Source of the DNA: Hydrolagus colliei
Lineage: Eukaryota
DNA: 64,000 nt
Assembly (NCBI GenBank): GCA_035084275.1
Contig: CM068748.1
Coordinates: forward strand, 16,120,001 to 16,184,000
Direction: 5' to 3'
Shown here: in pieces, positions 13,371 through 26,560 of the stretch
Position numbering within the stretch: the stretch's first letter is position 1
Layout of the letters: every line of letters begins with the position of its first letter
Notes under the pieces: generated by a model
The model's input: the letters and a program-made list of their open reading frames with translations, nothing else
What the model was told of the DNA's origin: nothing
The model's database searches: none
Program-made: the position numbers and the translations under genes

Positions 13371-14439
13371 AAAGTCAATTTTCACACTGGGCAGACAGAT
13401 GGATAACTAGGAACCATAAGAACCTATAACAGTAGCATCCAGCGATGAATTGATTGCCAATTATTTTGCGTACTTATTTGCCAGAGGCAGTGTGACAGTC
13501 CCTGGTTGCATGTAGTCCCCTTTAAGGCTTCCTTAAACGGCTCTTATTTGTCACTCGCTATTTGAAGTTCACATTGTTAGGTTGGCTTTTCTGCCCTGTT
13601 GATAAATCATTGTTGAAACCAAGATAAGAAGCAGACATAGTTAGAGCTTTACCAAGCTTCAAGTGCAGGGATGTAGGTCGTGTGCAGTTTGATTTTGGAG
13701 CTAAATTAGATAGATGGTACAGAACAGTGTAGTCATTTGGTGGAGCCTTGAGAGCTAACTTTCTAGGATTTACAAGGTGAATTAGGCTCAATGCTGTAAG
13801 AGAACCCATAAGTTTTCAGTGCATATTTTCTGCGTACTGTATGATCTTAGTGGGGCTGAAATGCTGTTCACATAAATCTTACTGTAACAGCTCTGCAGCT
13901 TAATGCAGATCACATCGCTCGCTTCAGGGGATACGTTTGCTGTCATCGGCAGCTCGTTAAAAGCTGTAAACGTGTTCGCATGTTGCGGTCGGCTCCTTCT
14001 TGTCACCTTACTGACGAAGAGGGTCGATGAGGAAGAGCGCCAGAGAGACTCTGTCCTCCACCAACCAGGTCTTCATAAAGCAGCAACATGGAAATGTAGT
14101 GAGTTAACATGAGATGTAAACTATGGTAGAAATAATCTTTAGGAATCCTCATAAGATTTCCTGCTTATTATCTGGGCAGGTCTCACAAATGCTTCATTTT
14201 AGAGCAAGTGTCGTACGTTGAGATGCTAAGTCTATTATTTGAAGCTTCTGTGCTTATAACCATAATCGCATGATTGGAAGAGAGATTGGGTTAGAAAGTC
14301 CCTGTGCAAAGTGTTAATCTTAAACAAAATAGACGCAGGTAAAAAACTCTTTTAACAGAAGCAGCTCCTGGGAGAGAGTGCGTGTTCCTAGACCAGTCCA
14401 GCGATCCCATCAAACATTTACATTGCCTTATTCTGTATA

Positions 14440-14870
14440 CACTCAATAACACCAAAATTACATGTGTATAGCTCATTTCATGTCCAGAGGACATCCCAAG
14501 GCATTGGACAGTCAGTGTTTCAGACCCGAGCTGGGGTCAGAATCGGAGAAGCTGTAGTGAAAGGAAGGGAAGGGGGTGTCCAATGTCACAGTCGAAGAGG
14601 ACTTGAAGGAAGTTAGGGAGGAGACAAGGCAGAGGGATTGTGAGATGGAATTCCAAAGGTTGGAGGCAGAGTGGCTGAAGGCTTGCCCGCTGATAGTGGG
14701 GCAGGTGGGTCGAGGGACAGACATGGAGCGGAGGTAGCAGACGGGGTTGGCAGAGGTTTGGAATTCGCAGAGGTAGGGTGGGGTAAGGCCATGGAGGGCT
14801 TTAAAGGTGAGGACCAGAATCTTGAATTGAATCCTCTGAATGAACGGAAGCCAATGGAGTTGGATGATAA
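14440..14870 (-). mobile_element. L2 LINE ORF2 C-terminal remnant
   Basis: Minus-strand HWLPFIQRIQFKILVLTFKALHGLTPPYL and GQAFSHSASNLWNSISQSLCLVSSLTSFKS, typical of the L2 ORF2 end. Confidence 0.85.
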
Positions 14871-14904
14871 TGCGGGAGGTGGGGTTTCAAAGCTGCAATA
14901 TTCA

Positions 14905-15052
14905 GCATTTTTTGAGTCAAATTGCAGCATTTGCACAGAACAAGTCCCACAAAAAATTGTGAAATGAAGAATCTACTTTATTTGATGAATTGTTGGCCGA
15001 GTCACCAGGATAAACTCCTTCTCTTTTCAAGGAGTGTTATGGGATCTTGAAT
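14905..15052 (-). mobile_element. Old Deu-domain SINE fragment
   Basis: Reverse complement reads aagatcccataacactcc...ggtgactcggccaac...tgtgggacttgttctgtgcaaatgctgc, resembling the Deu domain. Confidence 0.55.
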
Positions 15053-16411
15053 TTGGATCGAATAGAGAATTGAATAGAGTTATTCGGGCAAAAGATAACA
15101 TCTAAAAATACTTTATGAAATACATTATAATAATGCATTCTATATTGTGCCTTTCTTGCCGGGCACATGTCTTGAAATGCTTCTCAGGACATACTGTAAA
15201 GTGCAATGCCTTTGGTGGGTGAAGGAGCACAAATAATTGATTGATACAATTGATATAATTGATCAATTATGTTGTAACCGACAAAAGAATGTGCTTTAAT
15301 GAATTAGAAATCAAAATGAGGCAAACGGGGTGGCTAATTGGGGTGCAGCAACTTCCCATCAATGAGAATGAGAAGTGAAGCCAAATAATCTGAATCTGGA
15401 TGTAAATTTTTCTGGGAAGGGCCATATAAGAGGAGGAGATAAAGAGAAGGATGCCACCTCCATCAGGTGGGAAAAACAATACCTCTGAACCTATTGTCTG
15501 TCATCTTTGTGTTCACAGTAGTGGGAAAGCTCACAAAATGGTATCTCCATATGTGGATGCTTTATAAGGAAAATCCAAAATGTGCAATTGAGATTTGAAC
15601 TTGAACCTGCCATTGACAGGAATTCTTATTTTGTATGTTAATCCAATTATGTTGTAACTGACAAAAAGAAAGTGCTCCAAGCACTATTTGTCTCGCTTGC
15701 CTCAAAGAATTGGAGACCGACAGAAATATATCTTTCCTGAAAGTCTTTGTTTTACAGGGGAAAATAAGTTGAAAAATTAACAGTTAAATAACATTGACAG
15801 TAATTTCCAGTCTTAACATATGTTAGGTATTTATGTGCTCTTACCCTGCCTCCCTCTATATAATAATCCTGTGATTTTCAGTAATTCCTCAGGGCAATGA
15901 GGATGGGTGGGGAAGATGGGGCTAATATATTTTAGTGGTTAAGATTTTTAAATACTCCTTTGTGGATCATTTCCAAACCAAATCATCTCAAGCTTCTAGG
16001 CAAGGGTCCCATCAAATTACAGTTTAAAGCAATCAACATGTCTTTGCAGCCTTGTATAGACGGTTGAATACATTTGGATATGAGCACCGAAATCCAAAGA
16101 CAAACCTTACCCAGAGGATGGAACATTTCAATTACACTCCCCAGTTGTTCTCAAGCTCAGGGGCAATGTTAATTTAATTATCGGCTCTTGGCTTCGCTCG
16201 CCATGATGGAGTTTTCCATCCATGAGATCGCGAGGAAGATTCGGATGAATAAGGCCATTGGCCATTTGGTCTTATCTTTCCCTATTGTCTGCCATTCTCA
16301 CATGGAACATCAAGCTATTCTCATTTAAAATCAGTGCCATGGCTTGCCCTTGCCCCATAGTTATAAAGAAAATACTTCCAGGTCCCTGTTGTGGAACTGC
16401 CCTTTGTAATC

Positions 16412-16720
16412 CTAATAATTCTTGCATTTGATGTAATGTCTTATCACATCATCGAGATGTCTCAAATTACTTCACAAGATATACTGTAAATTGGATTAAC
16501 TTCGTATTTTGTGGGCGAACATGACAGCCAGTTGCAAACAGTAGTGTCCCGTAAACAGCCATGGAGTGAGAGACCAGTTTTATTTGGAGGATTTACTGGC
16601 CAGAACAGAGGGAAACACTTCTTTCACTTTTCAAATACTGTCATGGGATCTTTAACCTGAACTTAACCCTCCACCTGAACAGACAGATAAGACCTTGGTT
16701 TAACATCTCACTCGAAAGAT
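16412..16720 (-). mobile_element. Older Deu-domain SINE (SacSINE1/AmnSINE1-like body) with the same tail as the young SINE family
   Basis: Reverse complement has gagatgttaaaccaagg...tgtctgttcaggtgg...aaagatcccatgacagtatttg...ttctggccagt, then the family tail atcaaatgcaagaattatta. Confidence 0.75.
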
Positions 16721-18654
16721 CATGTATCCCCTCGTTCATCCATCATAACATTTAGACCTTTGTATCTGCACTGCTGCAGAAGAGCTTTATGTTCATTCCC
16801 ACTTCCCTGCCCTTCACCATAGTAATCCTTTTTGTTTCTATCTCTTGAAATATTTGTGAGACTCATTTTCAACAACAATAACTTACATTTATATAGCGAT
16901 CTTCACACAGGATAGCGTCTCGGAGCACTTGACAGTTCATTATCATGTTGTTTACTGACAGATTAACAATGTAATTGCTTTGTCTTTGATGGATTCCTTG
17001 TTGCTCATCTTGTTTCTCTTTCAAAATCACGACACTTTGAGGAAAGTTTGGAAACATTATTAAGCTTGCGTACACTTTGTAAATTAAAAAACATCGAGTG
17101 ACGGGGAAAGAGGGCTTGAATGAAAGGATTCTTTTCAGGTTGTCCTCGTAAGAAAAAGCTTACTGGATCCTGGAAGATCTGATCTCGCATTTTCATTGGC
17201 GAAAAGCAAATCGATCCTCAAAGGGCTATCTGTATTTGCAAAAGGTGTTTTACCGTTTTATGCCACTGCAGTCACGGTATACATTGGCTAGGGATCGGTA
17301 CCGGCAACGCAGCTACCTACCTGGCTGGAATGCGTTGAGTCCACTGTTGGTGTCAATGGAATTGGTCTATTTGAGATGAATTGCAAGCGTTCATAAAACA
17401 GTTGTTTAGCTGTGAGGAGGGGGAAACAATTCCCCAACCCAGAATACAGTGGTAAAGTACGACTGTGCAGATGCAGTTTTTTCTATTCAAACAAAATACC
17501 CCATAGGAATCAAAACATTAGGACTGCGAGCTTTTACTGTGCACCCGTGTGGCATAATCCATTTGCAGAATCCGGCAGCATTCTACTGCAGTTTGCTCGA
17601 GGAGTATTCAGAAGAACTTAGTACATATACTGACACTTGAACATTACGCCCACTGCAAAATATTTGTGACGTATATATTTTCATCTCCCTTTTCATCAAG
17701 TGTGGAAGAGGCAACTGCTGGTAAATGGATCTCACAAGTTTTTAATCCAAATATCATAATCCGTGCGTTTCATGCGGTTCCATTCACATTGGGAGAACAT
17801 CTCAACGAGCTTCCCAAGACGCGCTGTTGTCATTTTTTATGGATTTTGACTTCTCACTTTATTTCTCAAGAGCAATTTGGATTCTTTTTTCTTTGGTCAG
17901 ACAGGCATCTGACACATGCGGATTCACGTCATCATGAGTATCCAAGAGTTAAGAGTATCCAAACCAAACTGAAAATTCCATGCATCTCACCTACATACGG
18001 AAATTTCAGCGATAGAGTTTTGGAATGGAGGGATGCACTCTTTCCCTGGAGGGATGCAACCTGCTTATCTAATTCCAGAAAGCATTTGGTGCAGGTTGGC
18101 AAGAGACAAAGCGTAAATGTATGAAACGGGTAAAATTGATCCCCCTTTCCTCTTGCACGACTGTAATATTAAAAGCTGAAATAACCGCAATTGTAGTTAT
18201 TACTGCAGCTGCTCAGGGGAGCTATTCAGATGCTTCATTTATGAAAGTTAATAGATTAAAAAAAAAGCCAAATTGGGTCTCATGATAAAAGGCTAATCAA
18301 GTTAAAATCTGCATAATTTTCACATAAGCATCGGTGCGAAATTTGCATAATTTATGTTGCGGCAGATACTGATGAGATATTAAAAAGTATTTAATCCAGT
18401 CGTTGACTTTTATTCATCATGATGTTCACTGACGACTGCTGTATCGCACGATTGTTTTAGTTCACTCTCCGCCAAGCAACAAGCTGCGATTACTATGCAG
18501 AAATAGGTCAGCTGGTTGCTTGATCTGCAGATCCCATAAAAGTGCTTTGAGGGTCCATCAAATGTCTTTAATTCAATCGCTATTAGCTCTCAAAGCTGAC
18601 TCATAATCCCAAACAATGACGGAGGAGTGTAGTCTAAAGAATAGCGCTTAGACT

Positions 18655-18830
18655 TTCATTATATCCAGGTTTGTCTATGCTAACTCCCCGCTCGAGGGGT
18701 TTCACAACTCGTCACCCCACAAGCTGCAGATTATTCAGAACTCTATAGCTTGTGTCCTCTCTTGCACTAAACTTTGTGAGCAAATCACCCCCATCCTCAC
18801 CCCCAACTTCATTTGCTCCCCATCCCGAGA
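18655..18830 (+). mobile_element. L2 LINE ORF2 fragment, directly upstream of the nested SINE cluster
   Basis: Translates to SRFVYANSPLEGF...HKLQIIQNSIACVLSCTK..EQITPIL, like L2 SRLDYCNxLLxGL..KLQxxQNxAARxLTxT...HITPIL. Confidence 0.7.
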
Positions 18831-18833
18831 GAT

Positions 18834-19467
18834 GGAATCCTGTAGCTCAGTGGTTAGAGCACTCGCAATAACAATAATAATAATAATCCTTGCATTTGAT
18901 ATAGCGCTTTTCACATCTTATCGATGTCTCAAAGAATTTACTGTAAAGTAAATTGACTGTTTTTGTGGGCAAAATGCGGCAGCCAATTGCACACAGCAGT
19001 GTCCACAAACAGTCATGGATTGAAAATGAACAATTTTTATTATTGTGGTTTTTTTTTAGAGGGATTATTATTAGGAGTGTGGAGCAAGGAAACTTGCCCA
19101 AGGTTTCGCCCTGATCTGCCTGGATTCGAACATATGTCTCATGCTTGTAAGGCGAGTGGTTTAACGGCAGAGCTACAGGACTCCATGCAAGCAAGCAAGA
19201 GACCTGGGTTCAATTCGAGACAGGGTAAAACCTTGGGCAAGTTTCCATACTCCACATGCCTAATATTAATCCCTCAAGAAAAAACAATAATAAATTGGTT
19301 ATTTTCAATGCATGACTGCTTGTGGGATGCTGTTGTGTACAATGGGCTGCCTGCTGTGTTTCGTCCACAAATATACAGTCAATCCACTTTACATATTCTG
19401 TGCAGTGCTTTGAAACGTCGATAAAATGTGGAAAAGCGCTATATCAAATGCAAGGATTATTATTATA
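18834..19467 (+). mobile_element. tRNA-derived SINE copy A, split at 18866/19185 by copy B
   Basis: Head ggaatcctgtagctcagtggttagagcactcgc (18834-18866) resumes at 19185 as ..gcaagagacctgggttcaattc and runs to the (att)n tail. Confidence 0.9.
18867..19184 (-). mobile_element. Full-length tRNA-derived SINE copy B, inserted antisense into the head of copy A
   Basis: Begins with (aat)n-atccttgcatttgatatagcgc and ends agctacaggactcc; shares diagnostic gcagatcagggcgaaacc with the 12354 copy. Confidence 0.92.
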
Positions 19468-19469
19468 TT

Positions 19470-19831
19470 GGTTAGAGCATTCGTCTCGCAAGCGAGGTGA
19501 CCCAGGGTTGATTCTGAAGCATGGTAAAACCTTAGCCAAGTTTCTTTACTCCACATGTCTCTGTTTGCCTAACAGTAATTAAGAAGCCAGTTGTTAGTCA
19601 ATTGGAGGACCGCTTTCCAAAGATAATAGTCTGTTCAAATAAATATGTAATCAAAGAATAATAACAACAGTAGTAATTTTGTCACTCAATCCCGGACTTT
19701 GTAGGAAACTGCTATGCAAAATTTACGACTGTATTTCACCAGTAAATACATTTTATATTCTGCAATTCACCTTGAGATGTCTCAGCAACATCATAAGGTA
19801 CTGTGTCAAATGCATGGATTGCTATTATTAT
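19470..19831 (+). mobile_element. Older long-subfamily SINE copy C, 5'-clipped
   Basis: ggttagagcattcg... head remainder, the long-form internal segment (ctctgtttgcctaacagtaa...gttagtcaattgg) and a decayed tail. Confidence 0.8.
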
Positions 19832-20499
19832 GAAGTGACAATGTTTCACATGTTTTCTTTATTCAACATCCAAATAAAGAAAGCACGATATATTTTGCTT
19901 GAAAGTTTAAAAGCTGTTGTTTTGAGGCTGCCGATTCAGAAAGGTCGGCCGGGTTTTACGATGTCAGCAATAACTAACGGCCTGAAGCCCTCTACACTAT
20001 GTATTATGTATACAACATTACTGGCTTTAGGTGTTTACTTGCCAACTTGAAGAAAAATGTAAAATGTCAAGTTGTGTGACTTCAAAGAAATAGCACATTA
20101 GTGGGAAGGAGGAATGGGAGTGTGTGTGAGGTTAAGTCTTTAATGTTACTGATCAAAGGGTTTATGATTGCCACGTGGTACTCGCATGGACAGCATGTAA
20201 AATTGATGTCTGTAATATGATGGAAAAGTGTAAATACCCAATAAGTAGCAAGTGACCGTGATGGGTGAAATGATTTCAGGTTGCTGCCTGGTGGGCCTTT
20301 CTGTGAATCATTAACGTGTGCCCTGAAGTGAAACCGCATTTGCGTCCTGAGATTTACGATTGTGGTTTGTACTCAGAGATGAGGAAGGGGGAAAGTGCAG
20401 GAACTGATTTCTTTGTGCATTTTTTACGTCAATTTACATCAACTACAGGGTGGAAACTAGACATTGGGTCCCAAAAGTCTGCACCAAAGTTCTTACTCC

Positions 20500-20960
20500 A
20501 CTCCAGGCTCTACCCGTTCCTTATTCCTTCCTGTTCCATTCTCTGTATATGAGTCTGTATATCTAACTTCCTCTTAAATATACAATCTGATTGGATTCAC
20601 ACTTTGGGCAGCAACATCTTGTGCACTCTCACTGCCCTCTGTGTGAATAGTTCTTCCTAATGTAGTTCTTGAGCACCTTGGGACATCCTCCCAACGTGAA
20701 ACGTACTATAATTTTGTTGCTTTGTTGTGATTACGGTCTACCCAACAATTGGGAACAGCCTGTTTATGCAAATCCTATGGGAGCATTTTAAAATGTAAAC
20801 GGTTCTATTTAAGTCCCCCACCTAAAACATCTCTTCTCCAGCAAATAAAGGCCTAACCTACTGCGGACTATTCCGATGGCAGTGAACGGCCAGCATTGGT
20901 ATCAGCCTTTTAACTCTTTCTATCACTGCTCAATCCTTTTTTCAATGCAGGAACTGGAAT
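20500..20960 (-). mobile_element. Highly decayed CR1 3' fragments interrupted by a short L2-type tail
   Basis: ctcactgccctctgtgtgaa and catctcttctccagcaaataaaggcctaacc resemble reverse-complemented CR1 FTQR and LGLFxLEKR motifs. Confidence 0.45.
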
Positions 20961-22171
20961 TGGACTCCAACCCAAGGAATCATACGAATTCCTACATGCC
21001 TCGAGGCGGCATCGCGTGCTACCTTTAGGCATTCGTGGATCTGAATCCTCAGATCTCTGCTGATCTAGGCCTCTTCGATTCCTAACTTCAATTGGATTTT
21101 ATAATAATTGAATTCTCTGAATGTAAGATGTCAGCATCTTTCTTTCTACTGTAACAACTTACTCGAAAACTCCCTAGAGGGGCACGTGCATAGATTTTAT
21201 TTATCTCAGACACGTTGCCTCAGAGAGCTGTGTAAGTAAGGCTTATGATAATGGCTCAGTTTGGGGTCTTTGGATTGTTTTACCTTATCGCCACGAGTCC
21301 TTAACAGCTTAATTGTTAAGCATTGCACGGACGTTGTTTTTGCTGTGCTCAGACGGTCGATTATTGAGACATGTGAGTGATACGTGTAGCAGGCGCTGTT
21401 TGAGCATTGCTTTGGTTCGAGTCTCTCTAAAGAAACTTCATTTAAAAGTCAGCAAGAGACAGAAATGCTATGGCACACTCAAGCAGGCTGCCAAGAGCCA
21501 AGGCTTGGGAACCCCAGAGCAAACATTGGGTTACTGCAGGAGTCTAACCAAATATATATATATTATATATAGGTTGGATATATATGCACACTTGCTTTGT
21601 GGAGAGTGCAGATGCGATAAATTACAATTGAGATATTGGCTGCCCAGGATATCACTTTGCTCACAGTGGCTGCGCAGAGTATTCAGGTGCAAGATGCATT
21701 CATTGCGCAGCAGCTTAATTGACCCGCAACAAAAATTCGGAGTAGCACATGACTGATACAAAGTTTGTTTTCAATTTACATTGCAGTCGGACTTCACTTC
21801 GCATCTAATTTGAATCATCGCAAAGCGCAATGTAACAGTAACATCGAGAAGCGGGTGTGGGTGACACAGGCAGGTGGCACATCAGGGTGCAGCACGGTAT
21901 CTTCTCAAACTGAGTCACAAGAACTTTGCGGCAGCATTTCTGAAGTGCATTTGCTCCCGATGTACTCTTTCAGGGACTAGGCAATCGATTGTGGTTTGCA
22001 TGTCACTCTATCAATATTTTCTCCACAGAGGAGTGAGTGTGGCCGAGGTGCTACCATCTCAGCTTAGCTTAACAATTAGCACTGTGCTGTTGTGTTTGTG
22101 AACGAGAACGATTAACGGAATCTGACGGAAACTGTTTTTTGCTGACTTAGAGCTGTTTCTTTACTGCACAG

Positions 22172-22285
22172 GGTTCACACCACCGGGGATGGATCGAGCA
22201 TCTCCTGACAATAGTCCTGTCCACGGTATTGTACGACAGACCTCCATCATCACAGGGGCCAACATCCCGATCATCACTGAGTTAG
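22172..22285 (+). CDS. KCNMA1: KCNMA1 coding exon: (G)[37 protein letters not shown]
   Basis: cacag| acceptor, G|gtaaga donor, 114 nt, phase 1-1; matches Slo1 [38 protein letters not shown]. Confidence 0.97.
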   Translation, partial: GSHHRGWIEHLLTIVLSTVLYDRPPSSQGPTSRSSLS

Positions 22286-23059
22286 GTAAGAGCACTCGTC
22301 ACTCAGGTTGGTGGTTGTTGCCTTTTCTTCCAGTGGAAATACAGCAGCGGGATACGCAGTGCTTATTGTTCAGGTTGGGGGAAAAGGGGCCTTTGATCCG
22401 AGGACAGATTGTCATTGATGATTGATCCAGTGCCTTGGGACACCCTCCCTCATGAAAGCACTATACAAATGTAATTTGTCGTCGTTGTTGGTTTAATAAT
22501 CACCCTAAAAAACAGGATTTGAGGGTGAATAGGATTTTGATTTATGCAATCCAAATAGAATGATTGGCATGTGCGTGTGCTGTGAAGGATTGCTTCGGCT
22601 GATCACTGTGGCCGGGCTTTCTACACCTCAAAAAATGCCTTTCTTCCGGTGATATTTGGGAGACACCTTGCTGGGAGTCGTGCAAAGGCAATGCACAATC
22701 TTCCCTTCTTTAGGTGATATAAACTGCCGAAAGCATATCTTCAGAGGTCAAACGTATCAATTGACCAGAGGGTAAAATAGCTTGATGCCATCTGTGATGG
22801 GAGGATGAGATCGGACGAGCCGAGGCTGTGTGATGTATTGTGGGCGCTAAATTTTTGTGTGTGTTACCACTAAATGGATATTGCAATCTTGCAATCTCCC
22901 CGATAGATGTTTCAATGGAACAACGACTTTAGTGGTTTCATAGCTTTAACGTACAAGAAAGGGTTTACTTTTGCGCACGTTTGAAAAGTGTTTTCGGATG
23001 CTGCTGTCGATGAGTTGGTGTTATCAGCAGTTAACCTTCCGACTCCACCTGCAGTGCCT

Positions 23060-23495
23060 GACCAGAATCGCCTTCCTCTTCTTCCACCTCTGCCATGTCG
23101 GCTTTATTGTATTTCAAACGTTGGTGAAACACTTGATTATGCCGCTTTTGTCACAGACTTGCGCATTCCTTGCACGTGTCCCCGGCTCCTCTATACACAA
23201 GGTCCAGATCATACAGAATTCTTCCACCCATGTCTTCACCCATACCAAGCTCTGTGTCTCTTCGGCTCTAGCTTCAAAGGCTGTTACATCCCTAGAATCC
23301 CTGGCACCCCCTCCAATTTTTCCGTCTTGTCACTCTTTGTCCTTCAAATCACACGACTTTCCTCTTCTACTGTGCCGTCAATCACTTCCCTTCTCTTTCC
23401 AGCTCAGCATCAAAACACATTGCTGTCAAGCGCTCTGACATGCTAGGCAGATGAAAACTGGCTGTATAAATACATGTTGTTGATATTGCTGTTGT
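23060..23495 (+). mobile_element. L2 LINE 3' remnant
   Basis: ETLDYAAFVT / FLARVPGSSIHKVQIIQNSSTHVFTHTK in overlapping ORFs, plus gctgtataaatacatgttgttg tail. Confidence 0.75.
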
Positions 23496-25013
23496 TTTCA
23501 GATTGCATTCAATATGTTTTAAGCCTGATTTACAATGCCATTGTGGCAACATGACACTGTGCACTGTACCATGGGCAGTCTATAGCATAATCAGCAAGTT
23601 AAAGAATGAAAAAGTAACTCACTACCGTTACTGCTTGTGGCATCTTCCACTCATGACAGTTTAGGAGTTAAGTCACGCCCAGTTTACACAAGAGAGATGT
23701 CTGTGTCCCCAAACGAACCGTTCCCTTTCCTGTACTGCACATTCATAATCGCAAACATTCTCTGATTTCCTCCTCACGTGAAAGTCTTTTGTTCAATGCA
23801 ATGTGTACTTGTTGTGCAATGCAAGGGGGTCTGAATCTTTGCGCTGAAGTCACAAGTGGAATTCCTGCAACTCCGCTTCATGCCGTCAATCAGCCATCTT
23901 TTCAGAGCGTTCGTATTGAGCTGCGCATTCACAATCAGTGAATGATTTGTCGATAATAGCAGCACTTGTAACGGCAGAAAATGCCCAGTGAATGTCAGAA
24001 GAGAGGCTAAGTAAGAGGTGTGACCCATAGAACCGAAGAGAGGTTGTGCTGCAAGGAAATGAACCAGCCCCAATTAGAGAACAGTGTTTTCGTTTGCGAG
24101 AGACTTTTATGGGTTGTACGAAGTCACGACTGTTTGCTGACTGTGCGTATAAAGAGATGAATCTTTCGAGTTATGAAGGCTTTGCGACTCTGCGTATTGA
24201 CTGAGCAACACAAGTAAACCATAACTATTGGATAGGGTGGACGGGACCCACAAATGCAAGATAATTTCCTCCCTTCTGCACCTCCACTTCACTCACTCTC
24301 TCCGACAAGATATGAAAAGATGTCAGAAAGCATAGATCTACGCGCTATATTTCTGCAGTTCTGTAGAGAAAGTGACATCTGTCATCTGTATCAGCTACTG
24401 CAGTTTCTGTTCGGGCTTTGTGTATGTAATGTGTGTGTGTTTTTTTACTGATGTTATAGATTGATGGTGGTCATTTTTCATAAGAGTAACTTGTTATAGG
24501 CAACCAAAATGTTCAGTAAAAATAGAAGTATAGTTTTCATTCCCCCAAATATCTAAACTAACAGGTTCAAAACGCACACTTTAAAAGGCACCTTTATGCT
24601 AGTTGAAACTTATTCTCCTCCTGGCCTACTCCGCTCAGCGAGTTAGCCTTTGGTTCCTTTATCCCGCCCTCTCTCCCCTTGCCCTGCATCTCCTCTTTAT
24701 GTCTCCAAGTGGCACCTCAAATCCAACCTGTTTTAAAGTGCCAAGGGTCACCTCTCTCTCCTGCCCCACCGAACGCTCCAAGACACAACCCAAAATGAAG
24801 AGCGTTTTTTTAAAAAAAGTGCGTTCCACATGGCGATTTGATTGTGAAATGGCCTTTTGGCCTGCTTAGAAAATGGTTATTTCCGGTTGTAATGAATATT
24901 GAGTAACCCAGCTTTCTCTCTTTCTCTTTGTCCTTTATGGAAGTGTGACCTGTCTTTTTCTCTCTTTCATTTATTTGTGTTCTCCTGTTTACCAATTTCT
25001 TGTTCATCATTAG

Positions 25014-25097
25014 TTAAACCTGGCAAATTGCTCCCTTTGGTTTCATTCAGTCAGGAAAAAAGCAGTGGAACCAACGTTGCCATGATAACCGAACTGG
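25014..25097 (+). CDS. KCNMA1: KCNMA1 alternative cassette exon (Ca27-type insert, 28 aa here): VKPGKLLPLVSFSQEKSSGTNVAMITEL
   Basis: Long pyrimidine tract + cattag| acceptor, G|gtaagc donor, 84 nt, phase 1-1 (frame-preserving); homologous to recalled mammalian insert AKPGKLPLVSVNQEKNSGTHILMITEL. Confidence 0.93.
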
Positions 25098-25732
25098 GTA
25101 AGCAGCGACTTTGTCCTTTCCTCACAGCCTCACTCTTCCCCCTTCATCAGCTCGTTTTGATTTGGCGGAAAGAGGTTGTGTTCCACACGGCACCACTTGC
25201 AGTGTCTGTTTTTTGTCCCTGGTTACAGTTCGATTTGGCTGTGTCAGTTGTGTCCTCCCTAATTTTTATTTTTCTCTTTCTCTATGCAACAGTTACTTTT
25301 ACAGAGCATTCTTTGACTTTTGACCTCACCGCTCTGTCTTTTGCAGTTGTTTCCATAGCATTTGCACGCAGTTCATTTCTCTGGCTTGTGTCTTCCCATC
25401 AGCCTCTGTCGTGGTGATTCGCAGTTCTCTCCACATCTCTCACTGGGGAGCCTGAGAAGTGGGTGGCGGTAGGAAGGGAGGGGTGATGTGAGGGGGATGG
25501 GTGGGGATGTGAATTGGGCTTGGGCAGTTGGAATGAAAACAAGGCTTGAGATGCCAGCTTCTTTGAAATGCTTGATTTCGCTCGACTTACTCTTTAAAGC
25601 AAGGATCCAGGTACAGGGGAAAAAAAGTCGCCATGGTTTCTACCAGCACCAGAGCTTGGAGTGTAAATTAAGAAAGGGAATTGCGAGACGTCTGCCTCTG
25701 AAGGCTGCTATTGCGTGTTTGATGCATGCTAA

Positions 25733-26560
<828 letters not shown>

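Noticed and set aside
18847-19424. Similar ORFs recurring at 12225, 18847, 18963, 48344 and 57819 that look like a small gene family
   Set aside because: They are translations of SINE copies with no splice or coding support.
22971-23446. Two overlapping ORFs over 150 aa
   Set aside because: Explained by a decayed, pyrimidine-rich L2 fragment.
24899-25417. 172-aa hydrophobic ORF resembling a membrane protein
   Set aside because: It is the 84-nt KCNMA1 exon plus T/C-rich intron flanks, which give Phe/Leu/Ser-rich translation and few stops.
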